From: Trichoplax adhaerens
Lineage: Eukaryota > Animalia > Placozoa
Assembly: GCF_000150275.1 (NCBI RefSeq)
Contig: NW_002060947.1
Coordinates: 1,023,642 to 1,087,641 of the forward strand
DNA: 64,000 nt
Direction: 5' to 3'
The notes beneath the pieces were generated by a model. It was not told the DNA's origin. It saw only the letters and a list, made by a program, of their open reading frames with translations, and did no database searches. Of this stretch, positions 12,570-24,143 are shown piece by piece. Within the stretch, counting starts at the first letter, position 1. The number at the start of each line of letters is the position of its first letter. The translations under genes and the position numbers were made by a program.

Positions 12570-13250
12570 AGTACAGTACTGTACAGTACTAACTGTACAG
12601 TACGTCGTACACTACAGTACAGTACTGTACTGTAAGTTTATGGGTGGTTGAATGGTTAAGCATTTGAATTAGCCGCCACCTTTCAAGACATTCATTCCAT
12701 AGTAATTCATTCTGTTCGTTCACTATTGATCCACCTTCACCTTCAAGACGTTGACACGACAGATCGAAGGCAAAACAGTACTTTTACCACAGAGGTATGA
12801 ACTGCTAGATACTGTACTGTACCCGTGTACCGGTGTACGGTACCATATACTCGTGCCGTACCGCTCCGTGCCATACCGTACCGTACCGTACTGTACAAGT
12901 ACTTCCCATACCATCAAGACCTTTACACTGTACGAACCGATTACAGTACTGTACTGTACAGTGTACAGTACAGTAAATAGTAGTACTGTACAGTACAGTA
13001 CGATACTGTATGTAGTAAGTACTGTAGGCCTCATAAAAGTTCAGTACCTGGACTGGACTGGACTGGACTAACAGTACAGTACAGTAGTGTAAAAATAATA
13101 ATAATTACTGACTGGATTGTACTGTACACTGTACTGTACACTCCTATAGATTTTAACTTGATATTCAGAAATGTCTCGAACGATAGCATCTACAGTACTG
13201 TATGTTTGGTTGCGCACGGTACGGTACGGCACGATACGGTACGGTACATG
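12570..13250. promoter_or_regulatory. Divergent survivin/DHHC intergenic region with GTAC pentamer island
   Basis: ACAGT/ACTGT/ACCGT/ACGGT arrays, (CTGGA)4 at ~13048-13068, a 22-bp palindrome at 12613-12634 and the 19-bp palindrome at 12952-12970. It lies between head-to-head ATGs at 12312 (-) and 13384 (+). Confidence 0.65.
12663..12677 (-). promoter_or_regulatory. Candidate CDE/CHR cell-cycle element upstream of survivin
   Basis: The minus strand reads GGCGG-CTAA-TTCAAA: CDE-like core, 4-nt spacer, inverted CHR (TTTGAA). It is ~350 bp upstream of the ATG. Confidence 0.5.
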
Positions 13251-13383
13251 GACCACACCTTCTGTGTGGGCAACGTTGTGTTTCTTGTTTTTGCATAACA
13301 AACTCTACTTGGCAAAGCCAGAATGAATGCAGATGTAAATTACCCATCCCTAAATAGACTAACCAACGAAACTTTCTAAACTC

Positions 13384-16300
13384 ATGTCTTCAAATCCAGA
13401 ATCGAACTCACTCCTTCTACAGCTCATTAAAGCTGTAAAAAACGGGTAAATCATTGTCGATCTTTAGCATAATCATCGATGTCTATAGTCAACAAATGCT
13501 GTACTGGACAATTTTCTTCTTCGAGGATGGGTATGCTCGACAGTCGAGAGGGTTTACTGTGGAAACAAAATTCTATAATTTGTACTATGAATTATTGATT
13601 GATAAGGAATGAATGAATAGACTATTAATGTACTATATCTGCGTCGTTATAAGCTATACTAAAGTACATGGATAGCTACCTTGGCTTAGACATCTAGTCC
13701 ATTGTACTTGTTTTCCATAAATTCACATACAGTTTTACGATACTGTACACATATCAAAATCGCTGCACCATGCGTAGACTTACAAGTAGTTTTAAAGGGT
13801 GATGCCCTGATATGTGATAGAGGAAGTATTGAATAGGTGATATGAACACCGATAGAAACTGACCGAATTACTGTAAAATAACCACCTAAATGACAATAGC
13901 AAGATCCCTTCCAGCACTGGGGATAACGATAAAATACTATAATCTTGCGCATAAAACTATAGTATTTCTTATTAATCTAGGAAATTTTTAGAATAATAAT
14001 TCTTTATTTATAACATTGTTCAGAGTTTGTAAAAACCGTATTGATTCGATTGAATAATTTTATATCATTAATAGGGATGTGAAAATGTGTAAATGTATAA
14101 TCGATGGTAGTTGTAACGGCAACTTAGTCAGTGAATTGGATCAGCATGGATACAGTGCGTTGCATTGGGCGTGCATCGCTGGTCATTCAGAGGTCGTACA
14201 ATATTTAATTGATCTCGGTGCTAATATTGATTGTGCTAGTATGAGTAAACTAAGTGTGAAGCCCATTCATTGTGCGTGCACATATGGGCATACACTGTCG
14301 GTGGAAATGTTGTTTCAAGCTGGTGCCGATATTAATGCCAAAGACAGTTATGGACGAACACCACTGATTACTGCTGTTCAGAATGATTATACGCTGTTGG
14401 TAGCGTATTTGACTACTAAAAGGGCTGCAATCGACCTTACGGATATACATGGTGAAACGCCCTTACATTGGGCGGCTCACAAAGGTTGTATCAGCTGATC
14501 TCTTTAAGTTTAGCTTCGATGGATAAAAGTATTAATGATACCTATCTACAAATTAAATTGAAATATTACTGTAGTACTTTGCTTTGAATTAGCCAGAAAC
14601 TTGTTGCATAGTAATCGAAACTTATAACTCATAGAAAAGAGGGATTATACACTTTGATTTAGTGCCAGTAGTTAGAAATTTACTAATTTCTTGCAGTATC
14701 TGAAATGTGCAAGATATCCGTAATAATATATTACTGATGGCAATACTCTACATAGGTTGTAGAGATATAACCAGAATTCTTATAAATGAAGGAGCTGACC
14801 CGAATGCAAAGGATAATTTCGATCAGGTTCACTTGATTTTTAGCAAATAAAATAAGCATTCAATGAATATTTTATTTTATGGATTACTTAAGTATATTTA
14901 TCATCTTTCATCGTAAAAACGATCTCTGCAAATTTTTCCCATAAAAATTAAATTTCTTGAATTTTATACTGTATATCTACTCTTCTTGCGTCAATAATGT
15001 CGTATTTTTTTACCAGACACCACTCCATTTGGCTGCATCACATGGTAGTGTTGTAGTTGTAGAGATGGTTGCTAATGCCGTGAGTTCATTTCTTATTTCA
15101 GATTATTGTCTTGTCTTGAATTTACATATTTACATATTAAGTAATTCTGCCTTTAAAAATTTGTCGTGTATTCACTAATATAGGGAGGTAGTGTTACTAG
15201 TTTAACGGAAGATGGCTTAAACCCAATTGATGTTGCTGAAAAGAAAAAAAATGATGCAGCTGCCGATTATCTGAAAATGTTGAAATCTGGAGGGTGTGGT
15301 TTTCTTAATTGTAATTGGAGGTGAATGCTTTCTCTATTTATTTAAATTTTAATGGTAATTGGAGAGGTAATTTTAGTGCGAATTTATGATATTAATTTTC
15401 ATATTGACGAATTTCAATAAATTGATAATTAGAACAATTATAACTGGACCTAGCAGAGAAACCTATCTCCCTGTTGGTTTCATGCTTATCACATTATTCT
15501 GTATGGGCTATCCAATGTATGCCTTGAAGGTAGATATATTCATATGTTATTGAAATTGATTACTCCACTTAATGTAATAGAAAGTATTAGCATCAGTAGT
15601 CAATGATTGAATTTTAATAATTACATAATTTGGTTAAAGTAATGTTAATTTTTTGTTATAGCTGTATCGTTACGTCATATCAACAGCACCTCGGATACAT
15701 GTAGTCTTTCTTCTATCCAATACGACATTATGGCTATTTTTATTGCTTACTTATTACACAAACCCAGGATATATTCCGAAAAAGACTGGATTCTACGAGA
15801 AGGCACTTAAGGAAGTAAGACAGTACTGTTAATATTTCATTAAAAATATCGATAACTTTGAAATCATTTCTCTTGATACTAAGAATATGAATGATTAAAA
15901 GGTACATAAATATGATGGATGTACACTAAACAAGAACCCTTTACAACGCCTCTGTCATACATGTAAAATAATAAAGCCGTTACGTGCGAAACACTGTCGA
16001 GTATGCAATAGATGCGTTGGCCATTTCGACCATCACTGTCCCTATGTTTTAAATTGCGTTGGTTACAGAAATCGGTAAAATTGTATAGGAGTAGTTTACT
16101 ATACAAACTGACATAACTCATATGATGTGCATGCAAACAATTGGTACTAGCTTTTGTTGATATATCATTTTTTGTGATAGTGCCTTTTTCCTAGTTTTTG
16201 TCGCATCATGCTATGTTGCATGTAGTATTGTAGTATACTATGCAATACATGCAATCAGGACGGAAGGATTTTCTTGGATATTGAGCGCATTTATATTCCA

Positions 16301-16650
16301 CTTTTCCCTGCTCGATTTTATGCTTTTAGGATTACTACTTTCTCACGTATGTAACTGTTGACAACTGTATTTCTACGTACTATCTTGCCATGTATGTTAA
16401 TACGTCAATTCATTTTATTGACTTCATCTCCTTTAATTTTTTGTCTCTACTATAGATTTACTTGGCCGCGGCAAACTTAACAACCAACGAATATTTGAAT
16501 TCATCACGATACCCCTATCTCCGTAGTTCATCGGGATTGTATCGAAATCCTTTTCATCGTGGATTACTGTACAACTGTTGTGAGCACTTTCATTTGATTC
16601 GTCCTTTCAAATTTGATAACTTGGGTGATAATGGAAAAAAAAATATTTAA
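13384..16650 (+). CDS. Ankyrin-repeat DHHC palmitoyltransferase (Akr1/ZDHHC13/17-like), 10 exons
   Basis: N-terminal ankyrin repeats ([44 protein letters not shown]) are followed by TM segments and NPG. The DHHC cysteine-rich domain is intact ([41 protein letters not shown]), followed by TTNE and NPFHRG. Introns are canonical GT-AG. Confidence 0.93.
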
Positions 16651-18263
16651 AAGTAATTGTTTATCAGCAGTAGATATACATGCAGGTACTGATATTCTTT
16701 CTGCTTGTAATACAACATTGCATGTTTGGGCATTTTAATCTAAAACTTTTCAGTCTATTGCAACCACTGAAACACAGTATTCGCTAGTAATTGACTAGTG
16801 TTGATAACGATGAAATGATTATTCCTTCTGGAGTAACTCATCTAGAACTTGATGATAATAATGGTCAATTTTGTATTTATTTCAATTTCTCAGAAACTTA
16901 TTACATATATCACTAATAGAGTACATGAAATGTACATCAATAGTCATAAACTTTAATGATACAGCTGGTAATATTATTGTAACTTCTCACTGAACATTGA
17001 ACAGGATTGTTAAGCATGGCACGTATCATGGTGTAGGCTATATGGCATATTAGAATTGAAGTACTGTAAATTATTATCCATTGTTAGATTTCGTATATTT
17101 TTTTATTATATTCGAAGACATTCGTTAATGTGTCAAACCTTTGCAAATACAAGTGCAGAGTTGCTTGAACTGTTTCACGACAACAATAAAACTATTTAAA
17201 TAACTAAAAGTTTGTCGAGAATAATAGCTGATTTCACCAATGAGATGCAATTGACAGTGAATTGCTTTACTAACCATAGTAGAAATACGAAGACGTCTGT
17301 GAGCTCGTTTCGCAGTTCATTCAGCAACGTTCAACGCAATGGCATTGTATGAACAAGAATAAAGTAGAGATTCATAAGTTTAATTCTGTTTCTTTTTGCA
17401 ATAGTAAGTTAGTATTTATTGGCCACTTTGACAACCTACAATAGAATAATAGCTGACAGCAATATACTGAATGTGATCAAGAGTTCTGATTACATTGTAA
17501 TTTTGCATTATCCTTTATTTGAATACAACAGTCATTGATACATTCTATCCATTGCTAAAGTTTGCAGTGCGTACTGTCACTTTTACACGAATTAATAACC
17601 AACCTAGCAAATGCTGTTCGAATTTTGATTTTTCTCTACTTCAATCTTTACGATATGTTTAATTAAGACATCAGAAGTGAATAGGACTAGTCATGGGCTA
17701 CACGTAATGTACAGGTCCAACCAAAAAAGCTTAAGTAACAGTTGCTAATTCTATCTGCCCACAAATAAGTATTATGTAATAGTATCGGATCTAAAAACGA
17801 AAACAACATGCAGAGCAGCAGCCAAGTTTATTTGATATTTTGACACATGTGTCTTACTAGACTTATAAGCGAACAGCACCGAATATACAGTACAACGCAT
17901 TCATCCATTATAATAAACTGAAATAAGAGGTCAATTTTCCCAGAGAAAGTTTTCGACAAATGAGTGTCCTTTGCGGTTGGTTATTTATATGTAGATTAGA
18001 CTTGTAGTTATATACTATAGGTCTCCATTCTTAATTAATTATTTTGGTACTCGTACGTAAATAAATTTAAATTGGAAAAAGGCGCTCGAAGTCAAGCAGT
18101 AGTTATACCGCGGTCATTAGATACTGTACTTCTTGTAACTTTATCCAGTAATATCCAAGATTGACAATTTCTCGAATGTTTCTCTATATCGTATATTATA
18201 TACTTGAGTGCCTCATTACTAGGGCCAATGCGAGGCCGTAAGATACGACCCAATATTGCGAAA

Positions 18264-19037
18264 TCAAAGCATTGTAGACATATTATTGGTGGAAAGGTGC
18301 ATTACCAGAAATCCAATTATCAGGAGTAAGTATGACGAAGCAAGCGTTGAAGATTGAGCGGCATTGATGTTGTGATAGTACTTGGCTACATCGCTGTTTG
18401 GGTTGGCTGCCGTCTCAAACCAAGGCTTCATGCACGGTTTATCATCGCTTTGGTACTTAAATGAATAATGCCACAAACCCTCACAAAAACCTTTGCTTGT
18501 TTTAAAGATCTGACCGAACGTTTTGCAAGTGTTATTTGCTTTACAGTGATTACTACGATTGATCCACTTCCAATCGTAACGCCAATCGCCACTACAAGTC
18601 TTATCATTTTCACATGCAGCAAACCAGTTATCACAAAAACTGGCACAAATAGGTACATGCATAAAGCGTTCACTACGACGCGAAGAGGATGCATTGACTA
18701 TCCATGGACCTACGTTAGGTGAGCATTCATAAAAGCAGGAATCCTGCACCATATAACGATAGCACTGGCTGGATAAATTGCCACAGTGATCCCATCTAAA
18801 ATTGTATAGCACCTGATTTGCAGTTAACGATAACTCCTTTACGGTTGCTGGAGTACAGCATGAACGCGCCTTCCAAGGCTTGCACTCAACTAAATCTTGC
18901 TCTGGAGTAGGCACTTTTTTATGATAACTTGAAGCGATGCATGTATTTAACGTATCTCGCGGGGATTGACTGGCGATAGTGATTGTTGACCAAGCTAGTG
19001 TTAGCCATGCAAGCAGAATGATGCAGCGAAAAGTCAT
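18264..19037 (-). CDS. FOLR: Folate receptor family protein (signal peptide + GPI signal), 257 aa, intronless CDS
   Basis: HKKVPTPE..CKPWKARSCCT; LYNFRWDHCG; QDSCFYECSPNVGPW; ERFMHVPICASFCDNWF; FCEGLWHYSF; CMKPWF..NPN. Both termini are hydrophobic. Confidence 0.93.
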   Translation of the reverse strand: MTFRCIILLAWLTLAWSTITIASQSPRDTLNTCIASSYHKKVPTPEQDLVECKPWKARSCCTPATVKELSLTANQVLYNFRWDHCGNLSSQCYRYMVQDSCFYECSPNVGPWIVNASSSRRSERFMHVPICASFCDNWFAACENDKTCSGDWRYDWKWINRSNHCKANNTCKTFGQIFKTSKGFCEGLWHYSFKYQSDDKPCMKPWFETAANPNSDVAKYYHNINAAQSSTLASSYLLLIIGFLVMHLSTNNMSTML

Positions 19038-19375
19038 CTTTCATTAATTTATTATAATGATTATCGGATACAAACTAGCACCGAGTTCGAGAAGACCTCC
19101 TGACGAAAATAGATAATCCTGCAAACAAAGTCAAATAAAAAAAATTCCATTACCAGATGATCCTTACGGTAAAATTCATCAAAAATCTCAAACAGATGGT
19201 GATCAACGATTCCATCCTTGATCAAACTATATCGTACACTTGCATGAACCATGAATTTGAATCAAATTCTTCAGCAATGGCTACCTACCTGTTGCCCAAT
19301 TTGGCTCTTTCTGTCCACGCTACTGATTGCAGTGGAACATTTGAATTCAAGACTTGCTGTCGTACCAGTCATGGG

Positions 19376-19800
19376 GAGTACGGTACTGTCAGCTGTTTTT
19401 GCCCGTGAGCCATTGCACGCTTCAGTACCGTACTGTATACTGCACACTGCACGGTCAAATGTAGTAAAACACGTGTGCACAGTACACCGGTCTCACCATC
19501 GGGTCTTTTTATTTTTATACTGCACTATGAGGGACGGCGCGCCGGTACCCTACGGTGCCAGTGAGTCAGTGCGTCTCGTCGTGGACGGATGGATGACTAG
19601 AAAATGAAATCTACAGTGCAGTACTGTACAGTGTACAGTACTGTACAAGATCGACTGAAGTCTTGGCAGCCAATCCTACAGTACTATACACTGTACACTA
19701 CAGTATGTCAAGAAAAGCGTGACAGAGACACGTGACAAAGTTTATTTCTGGCCTGACCTGACCAAACCGGACCGGACGTCCGGAACACCGGCTGGTCGAC
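19376..19800. promoter_or_regulatory. GC-richer promoter-like region with GTAC island upstream of the folate-receptor gene, probably bidirectional
   Basis: The 19-bp palindrome at 19622-19640, CCAAT at 19670, CACGTG at 19470 and 19729, TGAGTCA at 19562, GGCGCGCC at ~19536, and GACCT/GACCG pentamers at ~19752-19783. Confidence 0.55.
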
Positions 19801-22028
19801 AAAGAAAGAGGAAAAAGTTGCTCACTGTAAAGCTGCTCTCTTTATTGAATCAATTGCTTTTGGATAAATTGAAATTGAACCGACAGTTAATCCATCAACT
19901 GGCGTATTATTAAAATGAAGGAGGACACATAAAATCGAGTGTTTGACAAAAGTTGTGAAATTGTCTTCCGTTCATCAACACTGATAACTTTTGAATCCAA
20001 TTTTATACAGTCTCAGTAACAGCGGACAAGTGAATGTCATTCATTTACTACAAACAGTTGTGGTAAAACGGATCAAACTTTTGATTGCATTGGCTGGTTC
20101 CCCAATCAGTTTTATGAACTTAAGACGTCTTCATTGTTGACGTGTGCATTCATTTTTCAAGTAAATTGTAAACCTATTTTAAGGGGATAGTTTATAAAGG
20201 GAGCAATTGTACCCTATGCAAACATTCACTTAAGCATTTTTCGTTAATATTGGAGGCAGATAAGCTATCATAAGCATACGCACGGCTGGAGTACTTTGAA
20301 AATGGACGGAAAGTGATTGAATTTTAGGAGTTTTGTCAAGTTATGTTTTGATAATATGCTGGCTTACTGATGCGTTGTATACTATGTCTATAGTCAGCAT
20401 AAACGTCGCATATCTGGCATTAACTGCGGACTGGCTAATATTGTATTCACCGTGAGTTCATTAATGTTCTATTTTAGCTACAGATACCATGTTCAAGTTT
20501 GCATCTACGGATATACTTGTCAATGAAACATGATATTTCAGCGCTATTTGACGGGACGGACAATGAAAAGGAATACTTTAAAGGTGTCTTTTTCTGTCAA
20601 AATAAAAGCGAGCAACAATCTTGGCAAATAATATCACAAGAACTTTTGTATTCATAGCAGCGCACAGGCAGCCAAACTGTTAGCAACGAATTAATTATAG
20701 ATCACTCTTGCACAAGTTACCCGTAGAGAGTGAAATTGGCCACTATCTGCACTATCTTTAGTAGTAACGAATTATAAAGCATGTTTGCACTAGTATCCAT
20801 CATATAGGGTTGATATTAAACTCAAACCATCATGAATGATAACGTCATAAATTATCAGAAATAGACGAGCGCGTGTTCAAAAATATCCAAGAGGCCAAAC
20901 CAGAATTTGTGACAAGATTTGGAATCCATTCTAGAACCTATGCATGTTAACACATAAAAAATGGCACTGTAACAGTGTGAATTGCTAACGGATAACATTA
21001 GTCACAATTTCCTCTATCTCCTACTATATAGCTAACTATCAATATTGGGACACTTAGATTATGAATATACAGTACTCCTCATTTGCCAAATTACGTAACC
21101 ACTAAACTTGGATTTTAAACTTTTTATTACTCTCCGCATAGCTAATGAATAAAATACTTCGTAATAATTATAATCATAGGTAATACAATGCCTTACTCTC
21201 GTCTATCGACAACTACGTCGTACAGTAAACGGTTCATGAACCCTATCTTCGCTGAGGTATCGAATACAATATACCGGATTAAATAAAAAAAAAAAATTAG
21301 AGGCGCCATCTGTATTTAAATTGCGGCCGTGTCTGTAGTGATAATTTAAACAAAACGGGAAAAGTTCAAATTTAGACTCAGAAGAATAAAAACGTTTTCG
21401 TTAGGGCAACTCTTGTCAAGATGACAATCAAATTTCACATTGATAAGGAGTACATTGGTAAATCTCCTATTCACTTTTATCTACATTTTCAACAATCTAA
21501 AGTCCAAGACTGGCATTAGTCGCTGTAAGTGGCGCATTATTTAAAGTACTATGCTGAAAACAAATTTATCTCGATCTTTCAGTCAGTACGAACTAAAACA
21601 AATACCTCCAAAGGATAGTACAGGTGCTAACATTCCTAACCGGAATTAACAGATAGAAGACAATAGCACTACAGAGTCATGGTATGATTGTCATAAACGT
21701 TTGCACGAAGTTATCATCAGATTTATTTACTCTCTAATCTGCATTTAAAGCAGTTTAGTAAACTCAATGTGAATCGATAGAATTTAGGTCGACTTCCTTC
21801 GCTTCCTGGACCTTATAATACATGTACAACTTAAAATATAAACTCAATTTGATGAAAGAAAATTAAATAAAAAAATACTGCCGTCTACATGGCATTGTTA
21901 CGTGGGATTCTTATGCCGTATTTAGTCACAATGACCTAAACTACCTTAAACCAGATATGCATTATTTTGGCTAAGTATTCTACTGTTATATATATATAAA
22001 AATATGTTCTGTCTATATTTAAGTATCC

Positions 22029-22276
22029 ACTAGTTTCGAATATTGCCAATAATGGCATTGAAACGCTAGCTGTAGAAGGTAAATTTGGGGAAATGCCATA
22101 CTCTGTGCAGCACTGCTGGGAGCCTGTAAAACATTTGATTCTAGCTAGTATACTAGTTTCGAATATTGCCAATAATGGCATTAGATCGCTAGCTGTAGAA
22201 GTTAAATTTGGGGAAATGCCATACTCTGTGCTGCACTGCTGGGAGCCTGTAAAACATTTGATTCTAGCTAGTATAC
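22029..22276. repeat. 123-bp two-copy near-identical tandem duplication
   Basis: ACTAGTTTCGAATATTGCCAATAATGGCATT...CTAGCTAGTAT starts at 22029 and 22152. Confidence 0.95.
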
Positions 22277-24143
22277 GTTATTGTTTGAATGCATAGTATA
22301 ATTTGATTAATTCTAAAAGTATCGCACTAAAGTACTTCCAATATTATGCTAATTTCGGCATTTACCAGGTCATCCACAATTTCCTTAAGTAATACTGAAT
22401 ACGAATCATCGTCATAGAGCAATCAAAATATCGCTTCATCTAACTTTATGATACTAATGATAATTTAAAAGAATTATTTACCAACAGATGTACTAGATTG
22501 TGATCTTTGCTCTGTAAATATACACTGTTCATAGTACTCGTATGTCGAAGGTTATGAAAAGAATTAGCATATTACCATATTATAAATCTCCTGTAAAATG
22601 GCAGGTATTAACTGTCTTTCCTAATTAATTTTTCTCTATAAAGGCTCAAAAGTCTAAACAGCAATCATACACTTCATTAGTTGCAGCAAAGAGCGATCCT
22701 ACTGAAATCGTGTACTATTGTTATAATTGATGATAGTCTAGTAGTGTTTATATGATATAACGACATTTTTTTAATAGTTACATGCTCTTTAAAAATGAAG
22801 ATCAGCTCTATGTAAGACTCATTTCTACTGCATGATTAGTTCAGTACATCCATTATAAACAATATGATATCGATGATATTACGACGACCAGTAATTGTCA
22901 CTATATTAACAAGAAATTTTAGTTTGTTACCATACTATATTGTCTAATCCATTACGCTTTAAGAAAATTTTTGTGTAAATTCAATATATAACTTGTAAAT
23001 CAAGGAATATATAAATCCAATATCATTCTGGATGAAGGCAATCTTACTATCAATACCTAGACATCAATAAATACACATAATACAATATTATCAGAAAAAG
23101 ACAGACAATAAATGATGTCAAATAACCTCAATTGGTCATAATAATAGCCATAATAGATGATAGAAAGCTACAATTAATAATCTCATAAAATATTCTTGTG
23201 AAACATTGACAAACGTTTGTTATAATCTATTCCAATCGATCGATGAATGGCATATGACAGATGGTTTATTAACAATAATTAAGATTGTTGTGAATAGGAT
23301 GAGTCTAGAAGGGGTGGAGGAAAAAGATGGATATTAATAAATAAATATAATCAAAAGTGTTTTTAGTTGTTGAATATTAAAATCATTTTTCCATTTCATC
23401 TCTATACTAGCTTCCAATCAATCGAATTGACAACTCTATATTCAATAAATGCGATGGCAAGATAAAAATAGCTATCAATAAAATAATAATAGTAAGAAAG
23501 AATGAATGATATTATTCGGATCTAATACTAACTACTGTAAGGTATTCAACAATTTTTACTGTAATCTATAAAAAATGATACCCTATATATTTGCGTATTG
23601 ATGATGCAATTACAATTCAATTGTGGACAATATATGAAAGAGATATTACCATCAATTTTTAGAATTTAATCATTCACCTGGAGAGTTAGGTTATTACCCC
23701 CCACCCCACACATTTATAAAAAACGCAATACCAATTTTTACGCAAAATTCTTTCTTTATTTTTTAATTCAAACATTACAATATAAATTGGTACCGTATCT
23801 ATTATTATTATCATTTACCTTGACGACGGCATCAACGTTTATGAACTGCTTATTTTTCTTTATAAATATAGCATATCTTAGAGATTCTTTATATTTACCT
23901 TATCGGTATAATCAATTTAGTTAGTACTGTAAGTGACTAAAAGCAATCATTTAGTGTGGCAATCTTATCGATCGTCTATACATAAAAATTGAGTACTAAG
24001 CAAATCTCATAAAGTAGTAGTATCGTATCTTATTTTATTAACCACGCTAGTTGGACATCTAAAATAGCCAGGAGTGAATCTCCGATAACATTATTACTAA
24101 TATTGGATATATCGAACTTTCTTATTTACATTTTAACACAAGA

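Noticed and set aside
12723-13347. ORFs in the survivin/DHHC intergenic region
   Set aside because: Same low-complexity pentamer artefact.
19061-19913. Several short ORFs upstream of the folate receptor
   Set aside because: GC-richer promoter/UTR sequence with no recognisable protein or exon chain.
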